A DNA stretch of 64,000 bases from an uncultured delta proteobacterium (GCA_963753975.1 CAVWEH010000005.1:640001-704000), one strand, 5' to 3'; positions 48,520 through 59,876 are shown, counted from the first letter of the stretch. The notes: generated from the sequence alone by a model not told the origin. Made by a program: numbers and translations.

Positions 48520-51165
48520 TTAGTGTGCTTCGTCCCAGTTCTTCCCTGCGGCAATTTCCACTTTTAAAGGCACTTTGAGTTTGATGACTTCTTCCATTTC
48601 TTTTTTAACGAGTTGCATGACTTCATCTTTTTCTTTTATCGGTGCTTCGAGAACAAGTTCATCATGCACCTGCATAATCAGGCGGGCGGCAAGATTTTTC
48701 TTTGTTAATAAATGAGCAATGTTGACCATAGCCACTTTAATCAAATCGGCGGCCGTGCCCTGAATTGGAGTGTTTATCGCCATGCGCTCGGCAAACTGGC
48801 GCACGGAAGCTACGGGGCTTTTTAATTCCGGCAAATAGCGGCGGCGGTTTAAGAGCGTGCAAACAAAGCCATCACGCCGCGCATTTTCCAAGATGCCGTC
48901 CAGATACTCGCGCACTTTTTTATAACGCTCAAAATATCCGTCAATGTAGGCCTGAGCTATTTTCTGGGGAACCCCCAGTTCTTTGGCCAGACCAAAGGCG
49001 CTCATGCCGTAAAGAATGCCGAAGTTGATGACTTTGGCCTGACGGCGCATATCGGCATTGACCATCTGTGGAAAGACGCCGAAAATATCGGAAGCCGTGC
49101 GGCTGTGAATATCTTCATCTGAGGAAAAAGCATCAATGAGAGCTTTATCTTCGGAGAGATGCGCAAGCACTCGCAGTTCGATTTGCGAATAATCAGCGGA
49201 GATGAGCAGGCAATTGGGCGCAGCAATAAACGCCTGGCGAATTCGTTTACCTTCCAAAGTTCTGATGGGAATATTTTGCAAATTCGGATTGCTGCTGGAG
49301 AGCCTTCCTGTCGCCGTCACTGTCTGGTTGTAGGAGGTATGAATCCGACCGGATTTAGGATCGATGAGAGCGGGCAGGGCGTCCACGTAAGTGGATTTGA
49401 GTTTGGCCAAACTGCGGTAGGCGAGAATCTCCGCAGGCAGTTCATGGTTTTTCGCCAGTTCCGTAAGAACGTCCACGTCGGTGGAAAAGCCTTCCTTCGT
49501 TTTCCTTCCCGTGGGGAGCTTGAGCTTGTCAAAAAGAACGATCTGTAATTGCTTGGGGGAATTTATATTGAATTTCTCCCCGGACAAGCGAGATATTTTC
49601 TCTTGGGAAATAGACAATAATTGTCCCAACTCTTCCGACATTTGTTTTAAAAGGGATGTATCTACCAGAACGCCCTTTTTCTCCATATCGGCCAGCACAT
49701 ACAGAAGCGGCATTTCCACTTTATGGAAAAGCTCGGCGGCCTTAATTTCTTTTAACTTCCCGGTAAGAAGCGGAAATAAAGAAAAAACAGCGGTGGCGCG
49801 TTGCCCTCCGTAGGCCGCCATTTTTTCCGCAGGCACGTCAGCCAGCAGATAAGTCTTCCCTTTGCCGCCGGCTACATCGGCAGGCGAGGGAATCTGTTCA
49901 TGCAAATATTCCCAGGCTACTTCGGAAAGCTCGTAAGAATTTTTCGCGGGATTGAGCAGGTAAGCCATAAGTCCGGTATCTTCTCCTGAGAGCACATCCA
50001 GACTGGGCATAGCCACAAGAGTTGTTTTTAAATCATGAAAATATTTTTTAATATTGCTGTTGGATAAAATCGGGGCCAGCGCGGCTAAAACTTCTTTTAC
50101 CTTCAACTGCTCTTTAGTAAGAGGTATATAAAAAGATTCACTGCCGGTGCTGAAAGCTATTCCGATCAAATCCGTTGATGGATTTTTCTCCCCAATAAAT
50201 TCACAGGAAACTTCACGGCATGCCTGTAGTTGCGTGATGAAATCCTGAAGCTTTTTGCTGTTGGTGATAATTATGCAGTCCACAACCTGCCGGGGAGCGT
50301 CCTGTTTAATTTCCTGCAAAAGAGAGGAGAATTCAAATTCACTGAAGAGTTGGGCAAGGAGCTCTTTGTCCGGTTCTTTACGTGCCGCATCCTGAATGTC
50401 AAAATCAAATTCGATATCTTTTCTAATGAGAGCCAATTGGCGGCTTAGTCTCGCCTGTTCGGCATATTTACGAAAACTTTCGCGCAGTTTAACGTTCTTT
50501 AAGTTTTCGGCATTTTGCAAAATAGCTTCTACCGAACCATATTCCTCAATAAGGCGTTGCGCCGTTTTCGGACCGATCCCCGGCACTCCCGGAATGTTGT
50601 CGGACGTATCGCCCACCAAGCCTAAAATCTCCACTACTTTGTCCGGCCCCACCCCAAAGCGCTCTTTCACCGCCGCGACATCATACGTTTTATCTTTCAT
50701 CGTGTCGATCATAGTGACGTTTTCGTCCACCAGCTGCATCAAATCCTTATCCCCGGATACGATGACTGTCCGCCAGCCTTGCTTACTCACCCGCTTGGCT
50801 AAAGTGCCGATGATATCATCGGCTTCGATCCCCTGTTTTTCCAAAACAGGAATGGAAAAGCCGCGGACTATGTCCTTGATAAAGGGTATCTGCGGTCTGA
50901 GATCATCGGGCATGGGTTTGCGCGTGGCTTTATAATCGGTAAATTCCTCGTGACGAGTGGTGGGACCTTTGACATCAAAAGAGACAACGATATAATCAGG
51001 CATAAGCTCACGCAAAAGCTTTAAGAGCATATTGGTAAAGCCGTAAATGGCGTTGGTGGGGAAACCTTTGGAGTTCGTGAGCATCGGTATAGCGTAAAAA
51101 GCACGGTAAAGATAATTACTGCCGTCAACGAGAACTACCAGGGGAATTTCATTTTTTTCTGCCAT
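48520..51165 (-). CDS. polA: DNA polymerase I
   Basis: LVDGSNYLYRAF, EADD, TGRLSSSNPNLQNIP, DYSQIELR, QVHDEL. Confidence 0.98.
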   Translation of the reverse strand: MAEKNEIPLVVLVDGSNYLYRAFYAIPMLTNSKGFPTNAIYGFTNMLLKLLRELMPDYIVVSFDVKGPTTRHEEFTDYKATRKPMPDDLRPQIPFIKDIVRGFSIPVLEKQGIEADDIIGTLAKRVSKQGWRTVIVSGDKDLMQLVDENVTMIDTMKDKTYDVAAVKERFGVGPDKVVEILGLVGDTSDNIPGVPGIGPKTAQRLIEEYGSVEAILQNAENLKNVKLRESFRKYAEQARLSRQLALIRKDIEFDFDIQDAARKEPDKELLAQLFSEFEFSSLLQEIKQDAPRQVVDCIIITNSKKLQDFITQLQACREVSCEFIGEKNPSTDLIGIAFSTGSESFYIPLTKEQLKVKEVLAALAPILSNSNIKKYFHDLKTTLVAMPSLDVLSGEDTGLMAYLLNPAKNSYELSEVAWEYLHEQIPSPADVAGGKGKTYLLADVPAEKMAAYGGQRATAVFSLFPLLTGKLKEIKAAELFHKVEMPLLYVLADMEKKGVLVDTSLLKQMSEELGQLLSISQEKISRLSGEKFNINSPKQLQIVLFDKLKLPTGRKTKEGFSTDVDVLTELAKNHELPAEILAYRSLAKLKSTYVDALPALIDPKSGRIHTSYNQTVTATGRLSSSNPNLQNIPIRTLEGKRIRQAFIAAPNCLLISADYSQIELRVLAHLSEDKALIDAFSSDEDIHSRTASDIFGVFPQMVNADMRRQAKVINFGILYGMSAFGLAKELGVPQKIAQAYIDGYFERYKKVREYLDGILENARRDGFVCTLLNRRRYLPELKSPVASVRQFAERMAINTPIQGTAADLIKVAMVNIAHLLTKKNLAARLIMQVHDELVLEAPIKEKDEVMQLVKKEMEEVIKLKVPLKVEIAAGKNWDEAH

Positions 51166-51261
51166 GAACTATCACTTTAATGAATAAGCCCACCCATACT
51201 GCTAATGGCAGCGATATAGGTGGGCCAATGATAAAAAAATAATTCAGCTCAATTATTAAAC

Positions 51262-51918
51262 CTACCTGTTGCGTTCGGCTTGCTTTCTTGCTTCTTCAAT
51301 TTGCTTTAAGTATTGCCTATTTATTTCTTCAGCCGTCCTCCTATATTGCTCGGCGGTTGGCGCCATGCTCCGGGCTTTGTATTGCATGGTGATTATGATC
51401 AACGTCAAAACAGCACCGATGATTCCAAATACCAGCCATGCTTTTTCTGAGGGAATATTGTGTACCTGCGCGCTGGCAATGACCAGAAAGTAGACGTAAA
51501 TCGCCATATAGAGGATGATGCCGGCGTAAGGAATGATGTTTATTATCACGACAATAGGCGCTAAAGCCATCAAGTAAGCCGCGCAGCGATAGGAAGTTTC
51601 ATAGTTTTCCCGAGAGCCGATCAGTTTCCAAATTACATAAATTATAGCGGCGCCGATAAAACTGCTGATAACGGAAAAAAGCGGAACAAAAATAATCATT
51701 CCCAGACTTTCCGCAAATCCTACGTACGCATAACTTAAGCCAAGAATGTCGATAAGGGCTTGAATAATACCGGCGATAACGCTCATTATTGCCGCAAAGA
51801 TTAGAGGTTCAACAAATCCGCCTGTTTTCGGCATTTTTTTAAAAAATTCTGCCGGCGCTGTTATAACTCGCACCGCCGTTTGCGGCATCGCTGCAAAATT
51901 AATGTCTTTTACTTCCAT
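51262..51918 (-). CDS. YIP1 family membrane protein
   Basis: PAEFFKKMP...GG...PL, five TM helices. Confidence 0.75.
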   Translation of the reverse strand: MEVKDINFAAMPQTAVRVITAPAEFFKKMPKTGGFVEPLIFAAIMSVIAGIIQALIDILGLSYAYVGFAESLGMIIFVPLFSVISSFIGAAIIYVIWKLIGSRENYETSYRCAAYLMALAPIVVIINIIPYAGIILYMAIYVYFLVIASAQVHNIPSEKAWLVFGIIGAVLTLIIITMQYKARSMAPTAEQYRRTAEEINRQYLKQIEEARKQAERNR

Positions 51919-52026
51919 TCTTACCCTCCTCTTTTATGGTTTTAAGAACAGCTGAATAATGGGGTTTTGGGTATCTCTCATGAATTAAGTTTATCGTCAA
52001 TCTATTGTTTTTGTATAGAAACATCT

Positions 52027-52122
52027 TGTTATTTCGAGGAGCGACAGCAACGAAAAATCTTTATTTTACGCTACTCATGATTCAAAGATTACTCACCCGC
52101 AATAGCGGGATTCGGAATGACA
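52027..52122. repeat. degenerate REP-like intergenic inverted-repeat element
   Basis: tgttatttcgaggagcgacagcaacgaaaaatct ... agattactcacccgc...gcgggattcggaatgaca; the ends are complementary. Confidence 0.45.
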
Positions 52123-52174
52123 ATTTTTACGATCATGGAGCAGCCTCACGAGAGACCTCATGACACTGTCGCCA

Positions 52175-52621
52175 CTACACATCAAAGGAAGCATTAATTT
52201 TAAACGTCTTGACCGCCCTCATGTCCAGAATATCCGTAACACCTGTTTTTTCTATTAAGCGAGCCAGAAACAATTCTATCTCTTGCGGATCTGCCGCGTT
52301 CACAGTAAACCAGACGTTGTATTCATTATCCCTCAAGTAATTGTGCGTCACTCCCTTATATGCGTTTACAGTGTCAACAAATCTTTCGAGTTTATCTTGA
52401 GGCACACGCGCGGCGCAGAGCGTGCTGATGCGTCCTAATTTCGTACCATCAAATATCGCTCCGATCCGGCGAATAATGCCCTCATCTTTCATTTTTTGAA
52501 TACGGCTGAGTGCTTCTTCTTCGGTGATGCCGCACTTTTCGGCAACTATCTGAAACGGCTGTTCCGTGAACGGAAATTCCTTTTGCAGAATATTTAATAT
52601 TTTTTTATCGATTTCGTCCAT
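52175..52621 (-). CDS. ahbA: siroheme decarboxylase alpha subunit (Lrp/AsnC-like)
   Basis: MDEIDKKILNILQ..FP, IIRRIGA, GVTHNYLR..EYNVWFT; located in the heme operon. Confidence 0.88.
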   Translation of the reverse strand: MDEIDKKILNILQKEFPFTEQPFQIVAEKCGITEEEALSRIQKMKDEGIIRRIGAIFDGTKLGRISTLCAARVPQDKLERFVDTVNAYKGVTHNYLRDNEYNVWFTVNAADPQEIELFLARLIEKTGVTDILDMRAVKTFKINASFDV

Positions 52622-52670
52622 AATGCGTAAATAATTTCCAAATTCCCGTTTTGAGGGTATGCGCCCCCAG

Positions 52671-53741
52671 TCAACAGCCCTTTGGCTGATACAAGCACAA
52701 CGGCTCCTCCGCCAGGTAATCGCCCGTTGCTTCATAGGCGCGCGCGCGGCAGCCGCCGCATACCTTGATAAATTCACAGCGGCCGCACTTGCCGCCATAC
52801 TTACCGAGGTCTCGCAAATTTCTAAACACTTCCGAATTTTCCCAAACCAGATCAAACCTCTGCTTTTGAATATTACCGCAATCTAATTCCAGATAACCGC
52901 AGGGCTGAACCTGGCCAATGTGTGAAATAAAGCAAAAGGAGATGCCACCGAGGCACCCTCTGGTCATTTCATGAAACTGTCCTGCAGCCGGCTTGTTCTT
53001 CTGGCCTTTGTCTTTTTGCTGGTGAAGAATGCGGAAGTAATGAGGGGCGCACGTGGCTTTGAGCTGAATGGAACAATCCAGACTTTGCTTGTGAAACCAC
53101 ATAAGCATTTCTTCATAATCCGTCGCGGTTATTGCTTGATCTACCAAATCTCTGCCCCGTCCTGTGGGAACAAGCAAAAAGATATGATGCGCCGCGGCTC
53201 CCAGTTTTTTGGCTAATTCCAAAATATCTTTAATTTGACGGAGATTCGCGGTTGTAACTGTTGTATTGATTTGAAATTCCATACCGGCTCTTTTCATTGC
53301 ATCTATACCGTTCAGGGCTCCTCTAAAAGCGCCGCTCTCGCCACGAAAAGCATCATGGCTTGGCGCATCCTTACCATCAAGGCTTACGCTTACCCTTTTA
53401 ATACCGCTTTTAATCATTTTTTTCGCCGCGGCCTCATCAACAAGCATGCCGTTTGTTGCTATAACCATGCGCAAACCTTTTCCCGTTCCGTAGGCGGCTA
53501 TATCAAAAATATCGGGACGCAATAACGGCTCGCCCCCGGTCAGAATAATTACAGGTGAAGACATGGCGGTAATTTCATCGATAAGTTGAAAGCACTTTTC
53601 GGTAGAAAGCTCGCCCGCATAAGGGCCGCGGCTTGCCGCCGCCCGGCAATGGATGCAATTCAGATTACAGCTACGCGTAACCTCCCAAGCCACCATTTGT
53701 AAATTATTTTTTAATAACTTCGACGAAAGTTCCAACTTCAT
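52671..53741 (-). CDS. ahbD: radical SAM heme b synthase
   Basis: VAWEVTRSCNLNCIHC, KATCAPH, RGCLGG, SPASM Cys cluster. Confidence 0.9.
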   Translation of the reverse strand: MKLELSSKLLKNNLQMVAWEVTRSCNLNCIHCRAAASRGPYAGELSTEKCFQLIDEITAMSSPVIILTGGEPLLRPDIFDIAAYGTGKGLRMVIATNGMLVDEAAAKKMIKSGIKRVSVSLDGKDAPSHDAFRGESGAFRGALNGIDAMKRAGMEFQINTTVTTANLRQIKDILELAKKLGAAAHHIFLLVPTGRGRDLVDQAITATDYEEMLMWFHKQSLDCSIQLKATCAPHYFRILHQQKDKGQKNKPAAGQFHEMTRGCLGGISFCFISHIGQVQPCGYLELDCGNIQKQRFDLVWENSEVFRNLRDLGKYGGKCGRCEFIKVCGGCRARAYEATGDYLAEEPLCLYQPKGC

Positions 53742-53787
53742 CTCCCCTTGGGGTTTTGCAATTATTATTTATATGCCTTTGCCTGGC

Positions 53788-53882
53788 TGAAAAATGGACT
53801 CATGAAGAGCGAATCGGAGATTTTTTCAGGCACCATGCCCTTGCAGCTTTTGCGCCCGGAAACGCAATGAGCCTATTTTTCA
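53788..53882. repeat. MITE-like intergenic element with terminal inverted repeats
   Basis: TGAAAAATGGACTCAT ... ATGAGCCTATTTTTCA (16 bp, 2 mismatches). Confidence 0.4.
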
Positions 53883-53888
53883 AAGCTC

Positions 53889-54863
53889 TCATTTGTTCAA
53901 GAATGCTGCTGCCTGCGGGGCAAAATAGGTTATAATAATATCCGCGCCAGCCCTTTTTATTGCTGTCAGTGTTTCCATCATCACTTTTTCTTCATCCAGC
54001 CAGCCCATCTGCGCCGCTGCTTTGATCATCGCGAATTCGCCGCTGACACTGTAGGCCGCGAGGGGCAAATCAAACTCTTGTTTGGCGCGATAAATTACAT
54101 CCAGGTAAGCCAGCGCCGGTTTCACCATGATGATATCCGCGCCTTCCGTAACATCAAGCCCGATTTCCCGAATCGCCTCATCTACATTGGCCGGATCCAT
54201 CTGATACGATTTCCTGTCGCCGAATTGCGGGGCGCTTTCGGCCGCTTCGCGAAAAGGGCCGTAGAAAGAGGAGGAATACTTGGCCGCGTAAGCCATAATC
54301 GGCGTATCTTCCAAATTGTTTTCATCGAGAGCTTCACGAATAGCCGCGACTTGTCCATCCATCATTGCCGAAGGGGCAACCATATCCGCACCCGCTTGCG
54401 CGTGCGATACTGCCGTTTCGGCCAGCACTTCCAGCGTGGCATCATTTTGCACCTGATCTTTCTCCAGAATGCCGCAATGGCCGTGGCTGGTGTATTCGCA
54501 CAGACAGACATCGGTAATCACCAGTATGTCCGGCACCTCACTTTTTATCCGCTTTATTGCCTGCTGGACAATACCGTCTTTCGCAAACGCTCCCGTGGCC
54601 ATTTCATCTTTTTTCTCGGGAATGCCGAAGAGGAAAACAGCGGGGATAGAAAGCTCCTGCGCTTTTTTCACTTCCTTGACTACGTTATCCATAGACATCT
54701 GAAAACTGCCCGGCATGGATTGAATAGGTTTTTTGAAATTCTTCCCACCAACGACAAAGAGCGGATAGAGCAGATCGTCAGCGCTTAGTTTTGTCTCACG
54801 AATCAAACGCCGGAAGTTTTCATTTTTTCTCAACCTTCTGGCGCGATATTCTGGAAATTGCAT
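53889..54863 (-). CDS. hemB: porphobilinogen synthase
   Basis: [32 protein letters not shown]. Confidence 0.98.
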   Translation of the reverse strand: MQFPEYRARRLRKNENFRRLIRETKLSADDLLYPLFVVGGKNFKKPIQSMPGSFQMSMDNVVKEVKKAQELSIPAVFLFGIPEKKDEMATGAFAKDGIVQQAIKRIKSEVPDILVITDVCLCEYTSHGHCGILEKDQVQNDATLEVLAETAVSHAQAGADMVAPSAMMDGQVAAIREALDENNLEDTPIMAYAAKYSSSFYGPFREAAESAPQFGDRKSYQMDPANVDEAIREIGLDVTEGADIIMVKPALAYLDVIYRAKQEFDLPLAAYSVSGEFAMIKAAAQMGWLDEEKVMMETLTAIKRAGADIIITYFAPQAAAFLNK

Positions 54864-54866
54864 GTT

Positions 54867-56054
54867 TTAATCCTCCTTAGTGCCTATCTCTTTATCGGTA
54901 AGATAACAGGCGGGATCGGGCCCCCAGATATCTCCCGCCGCTTCGGCCCTGGCCCGGAAATTTCCGGCGCAGATGTCCAACCAGCAGCACTGAGCGCAGC
55001 GTCCTTTTACATATTTCCTTTTTTGTTTTAATTTTGCCAAAAACTCATTAGCTGTATCAAGCCAGATCTCACTAAAAGGCTTTTGGCGGATATTGCCGAC
55101 AGGCCTGTTGCGCCAGAATTGATCGGCATAAACTTCGCCGTCCCAGCTCACACAGCCGATACCGAGTCCCGAACTATTACCCTCATTCATTTGCAGAAGC
55201 TCCAACACTTCTTTGGCGCGTTCAGGATTTTCTTCTTTCATCTTTAAATAAAGATACGGACCGTCGGCATGATTATCCACGGTGAGAATTTCCGGCTTTC
55301 CGCCCGCATCGAACATTTGCCGGGTTCGCTGCATGATTAAATCAAGAAGTCTCCTCGTTTCCTGATGAGTTAAGTCTTCTTTTCTCAGTTTGGAACCACG
55401 GCCGGTGTAAACAAGATGATAGAAACACAATCTTTCTATTTTTTCTGTTTCCAGCAAATCGAACATCGCCGGCACATCCGGCAGATTATGTTTGTTTACG
55501 GTAAAGCGGATACCGACTTTAATTCCGGCATCGCGGCAATTTCTTATTCCTTCCATGGCCGCGGCAAACGCGCCCTTCTTACCCCGGAAGCGGTCATGTG
55601 TTTTTTCCAAACCGTCCAGGCTTACACCCACATAGGAAAGACCGATCTTCTGAAGTTTGGATGCCATTTCTTTAGTGATCAGCGTCCCGTTGGTGGAAAT
55701 GACAGCCCGCATCGCTTTACCGACAGCGTATTGCGCGAGCTCCAATAAATCCGGGCGCAAAAGCGGTTCGCCGCCGGAAAAAAGAATTACCGGCGAGCCG
55801 AACGCTGCCAGATCGTCAATGAGTTTTTTACCCTCTTGTGTTGTCAATTCATCGGGTGCAAAAGTATTGTCCGAGCTGGAATAGCAATGGACGCACTTCA
55901 AATTACAGCGGCGCGTCATATTCCAGACGACAACGGGGCGTTTATCGGCAGAAAATTGTAACAAATGCGAGGGAAGCGCTCTGGAATGCCTGCCGTAGCG
56001 CAGCACATCGGATGGTTCCACCGCGCCGCAATATAATTTGGATATGCCGATCAT
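54867..56054 (-). CDS. ahbC: radical SAM Fe-coproporphyrin synthase (12,18-didecarboxysiroheme deacetylase)
   Basis: MIGISKLYCG, VVWNMTRRCNLKCVHCY, TVDNHADG, DPACYL. Confidence 0.92.
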   Translation of the reverse strand: MIGISKLYCGAVEPSDVLRYGRHSRALPSHLLQFSADKRPVVVWNMTRRCNLKCVHCYSSSDNTFAPDELTTQEGKKLIDDLAAFGSPVILFSGGEPLLRPDLLELAQYAVGKAMRAVISTNGTLITKEMASKLQKIGLSYVGVSLDGLEKTHDRFRGKKGAFAAAMEGIRNCRDAGIKVGIRFTVNKHNLPDVPAMFDLLETEKIERLCFYHLVYTGRGSKLRKEDLTHQETRRLLDLIMQRTRQMFDAGGKPEILTVDNHADGPYLYLKMKEENPERAKEVLELLQMNEGNSSGLGIGCVSWDGEVYADQFWRNRPVGNIRQKPFSEIWLDTANEFLAKLKQKRKYVKGRCAQCCWLDICAGNFRARAEAAGDIWGPDPACYLTDKEIGTKED

Positions 56055-57610
56055 TTTTTCTGTCCCTCAAACCTGCCGCGAGCAATTTTCTTTTCAAAAT
56101 AATCAATCAAAGCCCGAACCAGCCCCTCCATAGTATATTCTTCCTGATGGATGTCCACGGAAAATCCCGCTTTTTTCGCGGCGGCAGCGGTAACGGGTCC
56201 GATGCAGGCAATTTTGGCCTGCGGCGGATAGGAAAAATCTTTACCCATAATTTCCACGAAATTATTGACTGTTGAAGAGCTGGTAAACGTAATCACATCC
56301 ACTCGATTTTCATCAAACAATTTTTCGAGCTCTTTCTTTTTCTTTCCCGAACTTACTGTTTGGTAAACTGTAACCATATCAACCTTGGCACCGAGTTTTT
56401 TCAAACCCTCGGGAAGAATATCGCGCGCGCTGTATGCCCGTGGAATAAGTATTTTCTTTCTCCGCAAATCGACGCCGGCAAATGATTTAAGAATTCCTTC
56501 GGAGATGAAGTAATCGGGAACCAGATCGACTTTCATGCCTCGCTTTTCGATTTGCCGGGCAGTAGCCGGACCGATACAGCAAATTTTAATTCCTTTCAGA
56601 TCACGAACATCTCTTCCTTTTTCCAGGAGTCTTTCCAAAAAGAATTGAACGCCGTTGGCGCTGGTAAAGATCAGCCAGTCATAATTTTCCAGATTTTTTA
56701 TTGCCGCATCAAGTTTACGCCAATCCGTCGGAGGAACAATTTTGATCGTCGGAAAGCGAATGGGATTCGCTCCTTCTCTTTCCAAGAGCTCTGCCAACTC
56801 GTCGGCTTGCGTCTCCGGTCGAGTTATAACAATGCCTTTGCTGAAAAGCGGTTTTTCATCGAACCACTGCAACTTGTCGCGCAGATCAACGACCGGACCG
56901 ACAACCAGGATAGCCGGAGGGTCGAATTGATTGGCATGAGCCAGGATGACGATGTCTGCCAGCGTGCCCGTAAGAATTTCCTGCTGCGGCGTCGTGCCGC
57001 GGCGGATAAGCGCTGCCGGTGTGTCTGGCGGTTTGCCGCGCCCAATTAGTTCTTTTGTAATCTGGCCCAAATTTTTCACGCCCATCAAAAAAACCAGCGT
57101 GCCGATACCGGCCAGTGCTTGCCAGTCAATGTCGCTTTTTTCTTTAGACGGGTCTTCATGGCCGGTGATAAAGGCAATAGTGGAAGTGAGCCCGCGATGA
57201 GTGAGCGGAATTCCCGCATAAGCGGGAACAGCGATTGCGGAAGTAACTCCCGGGACTATTTCAAAAGGGATGCCTTTTGACACGAGTATTTCTGCCTCTT
57301 CTCCGCCGCGGCCGAAAATAAAGGGATCGCCGCCTTTCAGCCGCGCCACCATATTTCCCGCCGCAGCTTCTTTAATCAATAGGTTGTTGATTGTTTCCTG
57401 CGATAAAGTATGATCGCCGCCTTTTTTCCCCGCGTAAATAAGGCGGGCATCACTCCTGGCGTATTTTAATAACTTTTCATTTACCAGATTGTCGTAAACA
57501 ACTACATCGGCCAGACGCAGACAATCAACACCTTTGATGGTAATCAAACCAGCGTCACCCGGACCAGCACCGATGATATAAACTTTACCTACTTTAGATT
57601 TTTGTCCCAT
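56051..57610 (-). CDS. cobA: fused uroporphyrinogen-III C-methyltransferase / uroporphyrinogen-III synthase
   Basis: GAGPGD, RLKGGDPFIFGRGGEE; C-terminal HemD with FTSANGV and FTSSST. Confidence 0.95.
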   Translation of the reverse strand: MGQKSKVGKVYIIGAGPGDAGLITIKGVDCLRLADVVVYDNLVNEKLLKYARSDARLIYAGKKGGDHTLSQETINNLLIKEAAAGNMVARLKGGDPFIFGRGGEEAEILVSKGIPFEIVPGVTSAIAVPAYAGIPLTHRGLTSTIAFITGHEDPSKEKSDIDWQALAGIGTLVFLMGVKNLGQITKELIGRGKPPDTPAALIRRGTTPQQEILTGTLADIVILAHANQFDPPAILVVGPVVDLRDKLQWFDEKPLFSKGIVITRPETQADELAELLEREGANPIRFPTIKIVPPTDWRKLDAAIKNLENYDWLIFTSANGVQFFLERLLEKGRDVRDLKGIKICCIGPATARQIEKRGMKVDLVPDYFISEGILKSFAGVDLRRKKILIPRAYSARDILPEGLKKLGAKVDMVTVYQTVSSGKKKKELEKLFDENRVDVITFTSSSTVNNFVEIMGKDFSYPPQAKIACIGPVTAAAAKKAGFSVDIHQEEYTMEGLVRALIDYFEKKIARGRFEGQKK

Positions 57611-57616
57611 AGCTTT

Positions 57617-58531
57617 TCAATGAACCAAATCCAAAAACTTTTTGCCGCCGCGCGCCAGAATCATTTCGGCCAGTTTTTTGCCCAGTTCTTCCGCTTCAAA
57701 AATAGTTCCTTTCACTTTATCCCTGATTATGCCCGTGCCTTGAGGCGAAGCCACAAGCCCTTCCAGCGAAAGTTTATCCCCTTCCAGTTTGGCTAACGCG
57801 GCAATAGGCAAAAGGCAGCCGCCGCCTAAGCAACGCAAAAAGTAACGCTCCGCCGTCACTTCGGTATAGGTCGGCGCATGATTAATTTTCGCCAGAATTT
57901 TTTTGAGTTCATTATCGCTTGTTCTTACTTCCAGCCCCAAAGCCCCCTGTCCGACTGCGGGCAGCATCAATTCCACCGGCAGGAACTGCGAAATTCTCTG
58001 AACAAATCCCATGCGCTTCATCCCCGCTGCGGCGACAATAATGGCGTCGAGGTTTTCCGTTTCTATTTTTTTCAGTCTCGTATCCAAATTCCCCCGCAGG
58101 GGAAGAATTACCGCGTCAGGCAATATGTCCAGAAGCTGGGCGGCGCGGCGCAACGATCCCGTACCGATTCTCGCTCCTTTGGGCATCTGTTCGATCTTCC
58201 TTCCATCCCGGGATGCCAGGATATCCCTGGCGTCTTCCCGCTCCAGGATCGCGGCAAATTCCAAACCGTCGGGAATTTCCGTAGGTACATCTTTCATGCT
58301 GTGTACGGCTAAATCAACATTTTTCGCAAGAAGGGCGTTTTCAATCTCTTTGACAAACACGCCTTTGCCGCCAATTTTCAACAAAGATATATCCTGCATG
58401 ATATCGCCGGCGGTCTTAATGATGCGGATTTCGATTGCGGCTTCCGGCATTATTTTTTTTATTTTTTCGGCAACCAGATTAGTCTGGGCTAAAGCCAGCC
58501 TGCTGCCGCGGGTGCCTATTTTTAAATTCAT
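57617..58531 (-). CDS. hemC: hydroxymethylbilane synthase
   Basis: IGTRGSRLALAQ, AVHSMKDVP, RGNLDTRL, GGGC. Confidence 0.97.
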   Translation of the reverse strand: MNLKIGTRGSRLALAQTNLVAEKIKKIMPEAAIEIRIIKTAGDIMQDISLLKIGGKGVFVKEIENALLAKNVDLAVHSMKDVPTEIPDGLEFAAILEREDARDILASRDGRKIEQMPKGARIGTGSLRRAAQLLDILPDAVILPLRGNLDTRLKKIETENLDAIIVAAAGMKRMGFVQRISQFLPVELMLPAVGQGALGLEVRTSDNELKKILAKINHAPTYTEVTAERYFLRCLGGGCLLPIAALAKLEGDKLSLEGLVASPQGTGIIRDKVKGTIFEAEELGKKLAEMILARGGKKFLDLVH

Positions 58532-58610
58532 ATAACCCTGCATTAATTTTTTAGACTTTGACCTCGGACCACTTAAATAGCTACGTGCAAGAACATCGCC
58601 GCGTTTTATC

Positions 58611-59873
58611 TTATTCATCCAAACGAAAGATTTGCCTCACGGTAGCCACGATATCGGCGGAACCGACTGCGGAGCTTTCTTCTTTTAAAACACTCACTGG
58701 AGTATGCAGTATCTTGTTGACGATGGAATTGACCAGAATTTTTATTTTTTCTTGTTGCTCCTGATCAAATTTTTGCATCCAGCTTACCGCCTTCTCCATT
58801 TCCGCCTGCGTAATTTCTTCGGCCTTGGTCCGCAGGGACACTATTGTCGGTACAGCCTCCAATTCTTTCAACCAGTCAGTGTAATGCATTATTTCCTCTT
58901 CCACGATCGCTTCAGCTTTAATTGCTTCTCTTTTACGGCTATTCATGTTTTCATCGACAATATCCTGAAGATTGTCAATGTTATAAAGATAAACATTTTC
59001 AATAGAATCAACCGCGGGATCAATGTCGCGCGGGACGGCTATGTCAATCAAAAACAGCAGGCGATTTTTGCGCTTATGATGAATCCTCCGGATCAAATCC
59101 GCAGTAACGATATAGTCAGGTGCATCCGTGGAGCTAATTACAATGTCGGCTTCGATCAGTTTTTCACCTAAAGCGTCGAGCGTTACCGCTTCTCCATGAA
59201 ATTTCTCCGCGAGCGTCACCGCCTGCGATGGCGATCTGTTGGCGATCACTATATCCTCCGCCCCGCTGCTGATCAGATGTGTGCCGGTCAATTCCGCCAT
59301 CTCGCCGGCCCCGATCAATAAAATTTTCCTGCTTGCAAGCGTTCCGAATATTTTCTTGGCCAACTCCACCGCGGCAAAACTCACGGAAACCGGATTGACC
59401 GCTATCGTCGTTTCCGACCGAACGCGTTTGGCAGTGCGAAAAGCGCGGTGCATCAAGCGGTTAAGAACAGTCCCTATTGCATTTCGTTCCAAAGCCCGGC
59501 GGTACGCGTCTTTCACCTGCCCGAGAATTTGTGTTTCGCCCATCACCAGTGAATCCAGGCTGGATGCCACTCTAAAAATATGGCGGACCGCTTCCTCATC
59601 GCAATATTTGTAGAGACATTTTTCCGCTTCCACCCGTGTCAAATTTCCATTTCGCGCCAAAAGATCAAAGAGGCTACGGATGGTTTCCTCCTCCCCTTCG
59701 ATACTGGCGATAATTTCAATCCGGTTGCAGGTCGAAATATATAAAACTTCCTGCACGCCTTTTAAGGAAAGAAGCCGAGAAAAGAGGTCGTTTCCTTTTC
59801 CACAACCGGCAAATATTTTCTCCCGAACAGCAAGCGGCGCTGTTTTATGATTTACGCCAATTAATACAATCAT
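58611..59873 (-). CDS. hemA: glutamyl-tRNA reductase
   Basis: GVNHKTAP, STCNRIE, GETQILGQ, IGAGEM, DIAVPRD. Confidence 0.97.
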   Translation of the reverse strand: MIVLIGVNHKTAPLAVREKIFAGCGKGNDLFSRLLSLKGVQEVLYISTCNRIEIIASIEGEEETIRSLFDLLARNGNLTRVEAEKCLYKYCDEEAVRHIFRVASSLDSLVMGETQILGQVKDAYRRALERNAIGTVLNRLMHRAFRTAKRVRSETTIAVNPVSVSFAAVELAKKIFGTLASRKILLIGAGEMAELTGTHLISSGAEDIVIANRSPSQAVTLAEKFHGEAVTLDALGEKLIEADIVISSTDAPDYIVTADLIRRIHHKRKNRLLFLIDIAVPRDIDPAVDSIENVYLYNIDNLQDIVDENMNSRKREAIKAEAIVEEEIMHYTDWLKELEAVPTIVSLRTKAEEITQAEMEKAVSWMQKFDQEQQEKIKILVNSIVNKILHTPVSVLKEESSAVGSADIVATVRQIFRLDE

Positions 59874-59876
59874 GTC

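Noticed and set aside
49700..50250. PolA 3'-5' exonuclease domain seems to lack catalytic acidic motifs
   Set aside because: This is common among bacterial Pol I enzymes and not novel.
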